Below, piece after piece: positions 18,247-27,482 of a DNA stretch of 54,099 bases. Numbering within the stretch: the first letter of the stretch is position 1; each line of letters starts with the position of its first letter. Position numbers and translations under genes: made by a program. The DNA is from a virus (taxonomy: Duplodnaviria > Caudoviricetes), in IMG/VR virus record IMGVR_UViG_3300005294_000001, positions 1 to 54,099 of that record, one strand, 5' to 3'. The notes under the pieces were generated by a model that did no database searches, was not told the origin of the DNA, and was given only the letters and a program-made list of their open reading frames with translations.

Positions 18247-18633
18247 ATGAAAACCCTAAAACAAGTCCTACTGTTCACCATCGCAATTCTGGCTTTTTTT
18301 TTACCAGATACGATCTCTCAAGCGCAAGCCGCTGGACCAGCGACTAATGTCGTGACTCTGTTCTGGACAGCGGCACCCCCAACATCACCCGCTGTTCCAT
18401 TCTTTTACGAGGTTCATCAGTCAACGAATCTAGCTCTTAATGTGTGGACTGTAATCGCCAACGTTCCTTCAAACACGCTTCAATTCAGCTTGAGCGTTGA
18501 TAAAGACATGAAGTCGTTTAAGGTTCGAACGGTTAATTCCACCAATTCAATATGGGTTGGCGATTTTTCGAATGTCGCCAGTACAGCTTGGCCCGGTACC
18601 GGCGGCAATCTAGCAATACGTTTAGGGCCATAA
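18247..18633 (+). CDS. Secreted Fn3-like / STNL-W-type domain protein
   Basis: Signal peptide; VTLFW...FYEVHQSTNLALNVWTVIANV...SFKVRTVN...DFSNVAS. Confidence 0.7.
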   Translation: MKTLKQVLLFTIAILAFFLPDTISQAQAAGPATNVVTLFWTAAPPTSPAVPFFYEVHQSTNLALNVWTVIANVPSNTLQFSLSVDKDMKSFKVRTVNSTNSIWVGDFSNVASTAWPGTGGNLAIRLGP

Positions 18634-18669
18634 TATTTCCACCAATACCAGGAAGGTAAAGGCTTTCAG

Positions 18670-18972
18670 ATGTCAGAAGAAACAACCCCAAAACTAATGA
18701 ACAGCCTTAAGGTAGAAGAAACATCCATAGAAAATGGCAAGAAACTAGACCGTATAATGATGTTCCTAGAGGGTGCGGGAGATGACGCACCGGGACTATT
18801 GCATAACGTCGCCAAGCACAGTCATGCGCTTTACGGCAACAATGGTCAGGATGGTCTAATCAGCCGCGTGGCTATCATGTGGAGAATCCATGTCTGGGTT
18901 CTTTGCAGCGTAAGCGCAGGATTCGGATTCATGCTAAAAACCGTCATCGAATCCTTAATGAAACATCCCTAA
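18670..18972 (+). CDS. membrane protein, holin/antiholin-like
   Basis: Coiled-coil N-part with LYGNNGQDGL and a C-terminal TM helix. Confidence 0.5.
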   Translation: MSEETTPKLMNSLKVEETSIENGKKLDRIMMFLEGAGDDAPGLLHNVAKHSHALYGNNGQDGLISRVAIMWRIHVWVLCSVSAGFGFMLKTVIESLMKHP

Positions 18973-18975
18973 ACT

Positions 18976-19302
18976 ATGAAAAGCTGGAGAACAACAATCA
19001 GTGCTGCGGTCACTGTAACTGGAACTGCCTTGGTTGGAGTTGGTGGACTAACTCAGTTGAACCAACTCAACCCCAATTCCAAAGGAATGTCTGATGATCA
19101 GATGGCAGTGATGTGGTACATCATGGCTGCTGGATTTGTTTTGTCAGCAATTGGAAAGGGTTTGGGACTTCTATTTGCTGCTGACGCAACAGTATTGAAG
19201 AATGTTGTCCAACAGGCTAACGACATTGCCACACAAACCAACGTGAATACAGTTCAGATTGCCGACACTAAAGCAGTTGTTGAAAATCAGCTAAAAGTCT
19301 GA
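18976..19302 (+). CDS. putative holin
   Basis: MKSWRTTISA... with two hydrophobic segments and GLGLLFAAD. Confidence 0.5.
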   Translation: MKSWRTTISAAVTVTGTALVGVGGLTQLNQLNPNSKGMSDDQMAVMWYIMAAGFVLSAIGKGLGLLFAADATVLKNVVQQANDIATQTNVNTVQIADTKAVVENQLKV

Positions 19303-19314
19303 CTCAATAGCCAC

Positions 19315-19947
19315 ATGAAACCGCTACGCAGCCCAAAAGACGAAGGTGACAAACACGTACACCCTCACCCTAATCGTCAGGCTACGCTTCGTGACTTGCT
19401 TGAATTGGAAGTCAGGCTAAAAGATGCCATATCCAAGATTGGAGACATGAATCCGCTTGCCACAAAGAAGGATTTGCTGGCAATGGAGCACAGGCTGAAG
19501 GATGAATTGGTTGATGACAAAGAATTATTGGCTACTGAGGTACGTCTTAGTAGGCTGATCAAGCAGCCCCGATTTGATTGGACCATCGGGATTGTTCAAT
19601 CAAAGGTCCAAAGAAAGATAGAACGCATGGAAATCCAACTGACAAATGAGCAGCAAGTAACAGTAACACTGACCCCGAAAACAAGTGCTGGAAAACCAGC
19701 TACATTGGACGGTGTTCCCACATGGGAAGTAATCACCGGCGAGTCTACGGTTACGGCATCGGCAGATGGTCTGTCTGCCCTGATCGTTAGCTCCGACAAT
19801 CCTGGTGATACCCAGATCCTAGTCAAAGCTGACGCCGATCTCGGCGCTGGTGTTGTTGAAATCTCTGAGGTTCTTGATGTGCATGTTGCCGGAGCACAGG
19901 CCGCGAACCTTGGCGTTTCTGTTGGAACCCCAGAACTCAAGCCGTAA
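19315..19947 (+). CDS. coiled-coil plus Ig-like domain protein
   Basis: N-part has ATLRDLL/ATKKDLL repeats; C-part from Met at 19627 is a beta-rich Ig-like domain. Confidence 0.65.
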   Translation: MKPLRSPKDEGDKHVHPHPNRQATLRDLLELEVRLKDAISKIGDMNPLATKKDLLAMEHRLKDELVDDKELLATEVRLSRLIKQPRFDWTIGIVQSKVQRKIERMEIQLTNEQQVTVTLTPKTSAGKPATLDGVPTWEVITGESTVTASADGLSALIVSSDNPGDTQILVKADADLGAGVVEISEVLDVHVAGAQAANLGVSVGTPELKP

Positions 19948-19954
19948 CCCCGTA

Positions 19955-19985
19955 GCCCCTGCGGTATCAGGGGCATTCACTTTCT
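19955..19985 (+). terminator. putative intrinsic terminator
   Basis: GCCCCTG-cggtat-CAGGGGC followed by ATTCACTTTCT. Confidence 0.5.
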
Positions 19986-19989
19986 AATT

Positions 19990-20376
19990 ATGAAGCTACT
20001 AAATCGGTCACTAATAACCCTGTCCATACTCATGCTGTTGGCAGGATGCGCCACGGTTTATACGGGTGTGGTTACCATCACTTCCGTGGTGGACACAGGC
20101 ATGAAGGCATGGGCTGAGGTTTCCGCCAAAGGAATGAGTTCAGCGGCAGTCGATGCCAAGGTAATCGAAGTCCACAACAAGTATCGAGAGGCGTGTGCGG
20201 TAGCCAAGATCGCCCTGGAATCATACAAGGCAAACGGGGATCAAGCGGCATACCTTCAGGCATTCGCGGTAGTTAAGGCTACGGCGGCTGATTTGATTCA
20301 GTTGATTGCGCCACTCATTAATCCAAGCAAAGCAGCCAAACTCCAAACAGATCTATCCAAAGCGACTAAAATATGA
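19990..20376 (+). CDS. lipoprotein
   Basis: Lipobox LLAGC after a hydrophobic stretch; helical body. Confidence 0.8.
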   Translation: MKLLNRSLITLSILMLLAGCATVYTGVVTITSVVDTGMKAWAEVSAKGMSSAAVDAKVIEVHNKYREACAVAKIALESYKANGDQAAYLQAFAVVKATAADLIQLIAPLINPSKAAKLQTDLSKATKI

Positions 20377-20603
20377 GCGATGAACAAGGTCCAAGGTCTA
20401 CAAAGCTAGAGCTAATCTCTCAGCTTGCAGGATTGCTTCTAAAATACGGTCCAGATGTCGCCTTGGCATTCGCTAAGATGTTCAAGGGTGGAGCGACCAT
20501 TGATGACGCGATTGCTGCTTTGGAACTAGCCAAGACTAAGACGGCAGAGCAATATCTGGCGGAAGCCAAGGCAGCATTGGCAGTTCAGGCAGTGAATCCT
20601 TAA
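20373..20603 (+). CDS. hypothetical helical protein coupled to the lipoprotein
   Basis: ATGA overlap; 76 aa. Confidence 0.65.
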   Translation: MSDEQGPRSTKLELISQLAGLLLKYGPDVALAFAKMFKGGATIDDAIAALELAKTKTAEQYLAEAKAALAVQAVNP

Positions 20604-22448
20604 ATGCCCGCAAATGATAATGTCAGGTGGGCAGACGGCACATTGGATTTCTCTCTTGGGGTTGATTCAAACCGTCCTCCCACTCTTGTCTCTGCCAACA
20701 ATCCAGGTGGATTGCCGCGTAATGCCTTGGGATGGGCTGATAATGCGGCGGTGCGTGGCGGTGGCGTGATTCAGCGGTATGCGTGGCAACCGATAACGAC
20801 TGTCCACGACTCCACGGGACTTTATCAAGGTGGCATCATGTACGAGCAGGCTAATGGCTTGCCATACCTTGTCGTTGCGATTTCGGGTCGGTTCTATCGC
20901 ATTCGACTCGACACAGATAACTCCATAGATGACATAACGGGTCCGGTCGTATTTCCTCCAACGGAACCACTTTACCACTTCGTTCAAGGCGAGGAATTCA
21001 TGGTGGTTCAGGCGGGTGATAATACGACTCTCCCATTGTTCTTTGATGGAACAACTACGCGGCAAAGCGTTGGGTTGGGAGTCGCTGCGCCTTTAAGAGA
21101 ACTCCCCGCTGCTGGTCCGATGGTCTACTATCAAGGAAGAATATGGTATGCGTATTACCGAAGTTACACTGCGGGGGATATTGTGGGTGGACCAAGCGGT
21201 ACAGCTCCTTACTTCCTACGCGATTCGGTCTTGAAAGTGACAGAGAACCCGCTGGCTATAGGCGGGGACGGTTTTGCGGTTCCGACGCAGGCAGGAAACA
21301 TCAGGGCATTGCAATACGCGGCAAACCTCGATACCGCGCTCGGTGAAGGCACGCTTTACGTGTTCACCAGAAAGCAGGTTTATGCTCTGGACGTGCCTAT
21401 TAGCCGAGAGGCATGGTCTAAGGCGGCTGATGGCCCTGGCAACTACGGAACGCCTAACCAGAGGGTTGTACAGCGCAATAACGGTGGTTGTAGTGATAGA
21501 TCGGTAGTGGCAGTCAATGGCGACCTATTCTATCAGGCGTTGACCCCTTCCATAAACTCCCTATTCACCGCTTTACGCTACTTCAATCAATGGGGTAACA
21601 AGCCGATTTCTGCCAACATCGACCGCGCTCTCCGATTCAATAACCGTGGACTCATGGTGTACTCGAGTGGGATTGAGTACGATAACTACCTGCTACAAGC
21701 GATTTTGCCGGAACAAGTGCCTCAAGGGGTGGTTCACAAGGCGATTGCCCCTCTGGATTTCGACCCGATTTCGACTCTTGGCCAAGATAGTCCTCCAGCA
21801 TGGTCTGGACTCTGGGAAGGCTTGGACATTCTCCAGATGTTCAACGGCGACTTTGGTGGGCGTGAACGCGCCTTTGCCATGACGGTTAGCCGCGTGGATC
21901 AATCCATTCAGCTCTGGGAGTTGACCAACGACACTCGATTCGAGAACGGCGACGAACGGGTATCGTGGCTGATAGAGACTCCAGCTTGGACTTGGCAACG
22001 GGAATTCGACCTTAAATGGCTGGATGGAGGAGAGATTTGGCTGGATCGCATCTATGGAACCGTTGACGGCATAGTTGAATACCGTGTAGACGGAAACCCA
22101 TGCTGGCAATTCTGGCACGCCTTCCGTGACTGCAAGGCCAGAAACTCTTGCGAGGATGCGGTGGATCCCGTGTGCTATCCACAACAGGAATATGCCGAAG
22201 GCGACAAGTTTCCCGTCACCCTCCCTAAACCGCCAACTCCTCCTTGCTACGAGAACAACCATAGGCCAATGACCCTTGGACACCAATTCCAAGTGCGGAT
22301 TAAGATCAAGGGATGGTGTCGAATTCGCGGTATCATCGTCTACGCTTTGCCATACGTAAAGCAGCCTTTCGAGAACCTTGAGACTCCACCGGGACCTTTT
22401 ACGGAAATCCAGCAATCAGTCATATCAGCTAACAGCCCTGCATTCTAA
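20604..22448 (+). CDS. Tail nozzle / tubular protein B (P22 gp10-like) candidate
   Basis: 614 aa beta-rich; DGTLDFSLGVDS N-terminus and FQVRIKIKGWCRIRGI C-terminus; position in the structural block. Confidence 0.6.
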   Translation: MPANDNVRWADGTLDFSLGVDSNRPPTLVSANNPGGLPRNALGWADNAAVRGGGVIQRYAWQPITTVHDSTGLYQGGIMYEQANGLPYLVVAISGRFYRIRLDTDNSIDDITGPVVFPPTEPLYHFVQGEEFMVVQAGDNTTLPLFFDGTTTRQSVGLGVAAPLRELPAAGPMVYYQGRIWYAYYRSYTAGDIVGGPSGTAPYFLRDSVLKVTENPLAIGGDGFAVPTQAGNIRALQYAANLDTALGEGTLYVFTRKQVYALDVPISREAWSKAADGPGNYGTPNQRVVQRNNGGCSDRSVVAVNGDLFYQALTPSINSLFTALRYFNQWGNKPISANIDRALRFNNRGLMVYSSGIEYDNYLLQAILPEQVPQGVVHKAIAPLDFDPISTLGQDSPPAWSGLWEGLDILQMFNGDFGGRERAFAMTVSRVDQSIQLWELTNDTRFENGDERVSWLIETPAWTWQREFDLKWLDGGEIWLDRIYGTVDGIVEYRVDGNPCWQFWHAFRDCKARNSCEDAVDPVCYPQQEYAEGDKFPVTLPKPPTPPCYENNHRPMTLGHQFQVRIKIKGWCRIRGIIVYALPYVKQPFENLETPPGPFTEIQQSVISANSPAF

Positions 22449-23140
22449 TGCTCATCGACGGCGACAGATTAAAAGTGGTCAATGCTCCGATAGCGCGAAC
22501 CAAGTTGGGCAGCGCAACGGGGCAAGATGTCACTTTCCTGCAAATCGCTTTGGCGGCTGAAGTGGCGGCTAGAACAGCGGCAGATGCGGCATTATCAGCG
22601 TCTATAGCGGCTGAAACAGCGGCACGGGCAGCAGCCGATGCAGCTTTGGCGGCGGATATAGCAACGGAGGCAGCGGCCAGAATCGCAGCCGATAACGCAT
22701 TGGATTCTGATATTTCAGATGAAACAGCAGCCAGAATAGCAGCAGTCTCAGCAGAGGAAGCAGCCAGAATAGCCGCAGACGGTGTATTGACTTCCGATTT
22801 AGCGCAAGAAGTCTTGGACAGGATAGCCGCAGATACCGTACTAACAAACGATCTAGCTACGGAAACCTCAGAACGTATAGCGGCTGATAACGCTATAATA
22901 GCCGGAATAGTCCGTGGAACAGTGGCAATCGGAAACGCTGCAACATCTGGTAGCGTAACTGGTCTTGCGCTTGCATACACTCCCGCATCAGTATCCGCGA
23001 CAGTCATATCACCTGTTGGCGGGTTGACCTTGTTTGCATCACTAGAAGGCGATCCGACAACAGACGGATTTGATTTCCTGGTGGGACCGGTGGCTACCGA
23101 CAGTGCGGATTACAAACTGGCTTATATTTTGAAACAGTGA
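22448..23140 (+). CDS. coiled-coil fibre/needle-like protein with 18-aa repeats
   Basis: About 7 copies of xxExxARxAADxxLxxxI followed by a small beta domain. Confidence 0.7.
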   Translation: MLIDGDRLKVVNAPIARTKLGSATGQDVTFLQIALAAEVAARTAADAALSASIAAETAARAAADAALAADIATEAAARIAADNALDSDISDETAARIAAVSAEEAARIAADGVLTSDLAQEVLDRIAADTVLTNDLATETSERIAADNAIIAGIVRGTVAIGNAATSGSVTGLALAYTPASVSATVISPVGGLTLFASLEGDPTTDGFDFLVGPVATDSADYKLAYILKQ

Positions 23141-25140
23141 TTCAAACGTGTCCAAATCGTATCGACTGCGAATCAGCCCTTCTCACGAATTACTCGTCAG
23201 AAGGAGCAGAGCCGTTTCCGCCGTATTACTCGGTGGTATTTCCGAATCCAGAGAATCCGATTGATCGTCAGTGGCAGATGGCGGGTTGCGTGTATGTTTG
23301 CGTTTCCTACGTATCGCAGCAGGAAGCGGATTTGTGCGCCTTGAGGCAATCTGTCTTGTGCACCAATCCACCGGGAGAGGAAGTATGGTATTCCGCTGAA
23401 GCTACCTGTTGTTCCCCGTGTCCTGGTGGTGAAGGTGAATATTGTTACACTGTTCCAGCTGGAATGTTCATCGCCAAGACGTTTGCTGAAGCAGAGGCGC
23501 AAGCGCAAGCGTATGCGTGTCAGCAGGCGATAAACACTCAGGTCTGTTTCAATAACCCGAATTGCCCTGATTGCATTCCTGTTCCGCCTCCACCGAATCC
23601 ACCAAATCAACCTCCGAATCCTCCGGTAACACCGAATTCCACCCTAGGAAATCTTCCTAGATGTGCCTGCCTTGGTGTTCACTACTCCGGAAGCATTGAA
23701 GCCAACGGTTCGGTTGGAGTTGAGTCATGGGCAGTAGTTGGGAATATTCCTCCAGGATTAACCTTCGTTGGAGTTGGAACCGGAGCAATAATCGTTGGCA
23801 CTCCGACAGTAAGCGGAACATACTCATTTCAGGTAATTGCCTATCAGATAGGCGGTAGTTATTCCACTAGGATTTTCACCATTCAGGTCTTGGAAGTCAC
23901 TACTACAGCTTTACCCAATTTTGTCATAGGAACCCCATACAGCTATCAACTAGCTGCCTTTGGAGGTTCCGGCAATTATACTTGGAGTGTCGCCACTGGA
24001 ACATTGCCTGACGGATTAGACCTGTCTCAGACTGGTCTTATCTCAGGTACACCCACAGCATTTGCTACAGGCGGCACTCTGACTTTCGAAGTTCGAGATA
24101 TAACGTGTGAGAATGCGGAAAGAATCACGCTTACCCCAAGAGTCGCACTGGACGCAGTAAGCACAACTACAGTTAAGACTGAAAGAGGGTTTCGCGAGTA
24201 CACTACCGTTCTGGATACTGGAACACTGTATAAGCGAGTGGACTACGCCGGAAGCATGGAGCAAATTGCTTTCCCGAATTTCAATTCAGATCCAGCCGTA
24301 GATGCGACTCAATGCGGTGGAATGCAGCTCATTTACAGCGGATACGACCAAATTGATAACAGCGGAAACATCCTGTTCAGGCATCGCAAGGACATGATGG
24401 TGATGTGCGCGGCGAGTCAGCCTAGTCTTTTTGAGGCTGATGCCGATACGAGTCTTATTACGCCAATTTACAGCCCTCCGGCATTGTATGGCTATTGCTG
24501 GCCTGATGATCCAGACAGTTGTTCCACATGCGACACCGACGAAATCAATTGGAGCTTGCTTCGTGACGATGCCACATTTGGGGCCATTGATTATCCGAAC
24601 AACATGGTTTGGAATGAATCAAATGTAAGCAAGACTGACACACTATTAACCTATGCCGGAAATGCCAATCTTACAGGTGGTGTAATTCTGAATCCTACGA
24701 CACAAGGATTCCCGATAAACACAGGAAATAACACCTACGCTCAAGCTTTCCCATTCGTAAGGCTTTCATCTAGCGGTGGATTCTCCGCTACTCTAAGCGA
24801 ACCCTACACCGATGCCGATGCCGAGGCGACAAAGGTTGTCTATACCGGCACATCGAAAACGGCTGAGAACCATCCGAATTATCAGATAACAGGTGCCAAC
24901 AATTTCATAACCAGACGAAGCAGGACTACCGATGTTGCTTTCACAATCACTTGCACCCGATTGATCGTTGGTAGGGATTACCAAGTGACCTACGAACTAT
25001 TCACTTCCGCAGGAGTAGAAACAGAGGTTGAGATTGATTTCACAGCCGACGATACCACCCATGTTATAAACGGGATTGTTCCACCTCCAGATTTGAACGC
25101 TAACATAACTGTCAGAAACGCGAGAATCCGATACGCCTGA
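23137..25140 (+). CDS. Cys-rich virion protein with putative Ig (He_PIG-like) domains
   Basis: Cys-rich N-terminus with DUF5977-like SQQEAD/YTVPAG motifs, Pro linker, GNIPPGLTF...GTPT and GTLPDGLDLSQTGLISGTPT. Confidence 0.75.
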   Translation: MIQTCPNRIDCESALLTNYSSEGAEPFPPYYSVVFPNPENPIDRQWQMAGCVYVCVSYVSQQEADLCALRQSVLCTNPPGEEVWYSAEATCCSPCPGGEGEYCYTVPAGMFIAKTFAEAEAQAQAYACQQAINTQVCFNNPNCPDCIPVPPPPNPPNQPPNPPVTPNSTLGNLPRCACLGVHYSGSIEANGSVGVESWAVVGNIPPGLTFVGVGTGAIIVGTPTVSGTYSFQVIAYQIGGSYSTRIFTIQVLEVTTTALPNFVIGTPYSYQLAAFGGSGNYTWSVATGTLPDGLDLSQTGLISGTPTAFATGGTLTFEVRDITCENAERITLTPRVALDAVSTTTVKTERGFREYTTVLDTGTLYKRVDYAGSMEQIAFPNFNSDPAVDATQCGGMQLIYSGYDQIDNSGNILFRHRKDMMVMCAASQPSLFEADADTSLITPIYSPPALYGYCWPDDPDSCSTCDTDEINWSLLRDDATFGAIDYPNNMVWNESNVSKTDTLLTYAGNANLTGGVILNPTTQGFPINTGNNTYAQAFPFVRLSSSGGFSATLSEPYTDADAEATKVVYTGTSKTAENHPNYQITGANNFITRRSRTTDVAFTITCTRLIVGRDYQVTYELFTSAGVETEVEIDFTADDTTHVINGIVPPPDLNANITVRNARIRYA

Positions 25141-25141
25141 T

Positions 25142-25849
25142 ATGGGGTGCTTTAAAGAATTATCTATAGCAGAAGATGCCGCAGCACTACCGTATGCCTA
25201 TTACAAGTGCGATGAACCTGCGGGTTCTTTGGTTGCTGTTGACTCAATAGCCGGTTTCGATCTTGTGACCGTAAACCCGATTGTTAAGTGGCCAACGGCA
25301 AAGATTGGAACTGCATTTTTTGATCCGTTATTGAATTTGCAGGATTCAATAGCAAGCACGCATTGGGATTTTGCGGCTACCGGATTCACAGTCAGACTTT
25401 GGTTTGAACTGAACACTGTTCCTGTCTCAAATGCCTTTTTCATTCTAAACGTAAATTCTTCTCCATCTAATATCACTCAATGGGATCTTACGTTGCAATC
25501 CAGCTTGGTTCCGTCATTCCGGCAATTTCCACGATTCAGAATTGTCCTAAATGGTATATCGTCATTCGTTGATGGTCCTGATTTGACCGACACAACTGCC
25601 TTTCACCGTTTGATGTGCGGTTGGGAGAAGGGTGTTGGGGTTTGGATCAAGTTCGATAACGACGCCACTATTTCGGTTGCTAACACAGACCCTTCTCTAA
25701 ATGGTGGAAATTTGACTAAGTTTTTTCTTGGTCCGACAAACGAACCGCAGGCAATGGGTATTGACGAGGTTGGAATTTGGAACCGGACTCTTACGGCTGC
25801 GGAGATTCTTGCAGATTGGAATGGCGGTGCAGGTGTAACATATCCTTAA
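25142..25849 (+). CDS. LamG/concanavalin-A-like virion protein
   Basis: AYYKCDE..GS..AVDS, FTVRLWF, IDEVGIWNRTLTAAEILADWNGGAG. Confidence 0.8.
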   Translation: MGCFKELSIAEDAAALPYAYYKCDEPAGSLVAVDSIAGFDLVTVNPIVKWPTAKIGTAFFDPLLNLQDSIASTHWDFAATGFTVRLWFELNTVPVSNAFFILNVNSSPSNITQWDLTLQSSLVPSFRQFPRFRIVLNGISSFVDGPDLTDTTAFHRLMCGWEKGVGVWIKFDNDATISVANTDPSLNGGNLTKFFLGPTNEPQAMGIDEVGIWNRTLTAAEILADWNGGAGVTYP

Positions 25850-25860
25850 ATACTGAATTT

Positions 25861-26892
25861 ATGGAACGCTCTAGACTTTACGATTTGAGGGTAAGCGGAT
25901 TCCCGCTCGCTATGGGAATGTGCGATACTGACATACCACGCATTGCAGCAGCGGCTAACGAGGCACAGCAACGCTTACTCACCGACCCATTGGCTCCTGA
26001 CGAAGGCTGGTACGGTGGCTACGCTCAATACGCTTTCACCGTTGCCTCACCTTTCGACTACATCACGGCACCCCGAGAGGTTGCGCGAATCATCTCCATG
26101 ACAGCCTGCAAGAAGCCCATGAAGATACGGAACCAGTTCTTCGAGTTCCTTGATTTCGGTATCGGAAATCAGCCTTCAGGTTGCGGAAACAGTCAGAGAT
26201 GCGGGCAGCAGTTTCAGACTTATGAGCGCGACAACGTACCGACTATCAATACCTTTGTGGCAGGTAATACTATTCGCGCGTACCCGCTCGATTCCCGTGA
26301 CGTGGGAAAGCGAAGTCTCATTCAAGGTACAGATTCAAACGACAAAACCATCTACGGAACCAGTGTCCTTACCGGCAAGCCGATCCTTGGAGAGACAATC
26401 AGCTTGGATATACCGTTCGTAGACACGTCGAATGATTTCAACAGCGTGCTCTCCATCCAGAAGGAACCGACCGTTGGCGATGTGGTTTACTATCAGGTAG
26501 ACCAAGTGACAGGTGCGGAAACCCCGTTGCACACGATGCAAGCGACGGAACAGACGGGTCAATATCGCCGTTACTTCCTTAACGGACTCAAGAATACATG
26601 CTGCCAATCTCCGACTCAGCAGGTTCTAGCCTTGTGCAAGCTCGACTTCGTTCCTGTTCAAAGCGACCAAGATTACCTTCTCATTCAGAGCATTCCTGCG
26701 CTTATCGAGGAAGGGATGGCGGTGCGCTATTCCCGAATGGACACTCCCGGTAGTCAGCAAATGGCGCAGTCAAAGCACGCCAATGCGCTCCGATTGCTAT
26801 TTGGTCAGCTTGATCATTTCCTTGGCAAATTCCAAACGGCGATTACTGTCCCGATATTCGGGTCAGATAGACTTAGATTCCAAGCGCAATAG
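25861..26892 (+). CDS. head-tail adaptor / tail tubular protein A candidate
   Basis: ANEAQQRLL...GW N-terminus; DYLLIQSIPALIEEGMAVRY...A...L C-terminus; precedes the internal virion genes. Confidence 0.55.
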   Translation: MERSRLYDLRVSGFPLAMGMCDTDIPRIAAAANEAQQRLLTDPLAPDEGWYGGYAQYAFTVASPFDYITAPREVARIISMTACKKPMKIRNQFFEFLDFGIGNQPSGCGNSQRCGQQFQTYERDNVPTINTFVAGNTIRAYPLDSRDVGKRSLIQGTDSNDKTIYGTSVLTGKPILGETISLDIPFVDTSNDFNSVLSIQKEPTVGDVVYYQVDQVTGAETPLHTMQATEQTGQYRRYFLNGLKNTCCQSPTQQVLALCKLDFVPVQSDQDYLLIQSIPALIEEGMAVRYSRMDTPGSQQMAQSKHANALRLLFGQLDHFLGKFQTAITVPIFGSDRLRFQAQ

Positions 26893-26895
26893 AGT

Positions 26896-27480
26896 ATGCC
26901 TAAACCAATTCAACCTCCTGCACCCGCTTACGGTTCGCCTGAATGGAAGGCTGAACGCGCTAGAATGGTTGGCACTCCCGAATGGAAGGCGGCGCATAAT
27001 TACCAGCAAGAGACATCGGGCCATAGTGGTCAATCTGGCGGATTTATTCCAGCAAGCCAATTCGGTGTATTTACTCCTGCCGGTCAGACTCTCACCACAG
27101 CACAGAAGCAATTGCAGAATCCTCTATACAATCCACTTTACGATCCCGGTTCGGCTGAATATAAGTCAAATCTTGAGCAAATGAATCAGCCAAGACCGCG
27201 TGTTCAGAATCCATTGGTTCAGCCTCCGAATGCGCCTGTTGCTACTCCGCAGATCCCGCAATTGCAACAACAGCCACAGACAGCCGTTGCTCCACAACAG
27301 CAATCATCCCCGAAGATTACTTTGCCGCAGCAATTCCAGCAGAACTACAACAACGCACCCGGAATCACCCCGCCAGCCAATCAGGGCATCAAGATGCCTG
27401 ACATCAGCAAGCAGGGTTTTGGTGGGGGTAATAACTGGAATGACTTTCTCACCGTAGCTTACAACCGAAATTCGAGGTAA
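26896..27480 (+). CDS. Pro/Gln-rich internal virion (ejection) protein candidate
   Basis: Low-complexity, disorder-prone sequence; GSPEWKA/GTPEWKA repeat. Confidence 0.55.
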   Translation: MPKPIQPPAPAYGSPEWKAERARMVGTPEWKAAHNYQQETSGHSGQSGGFIPASQFGVFTPAGQTLTTAQKQLQNPLYNPLYDPGSAEYKSNLEQMNQPRPRVQNPLVQPPNAPVATPQIPQLQQQPQTAVAPQQQSSPKITLPQQFQQNYNNAPGITPPANQGIKMPDISKQGFGGGNNWNDFLTVAYNRNSR

Positions 27481-27482
27481 CT

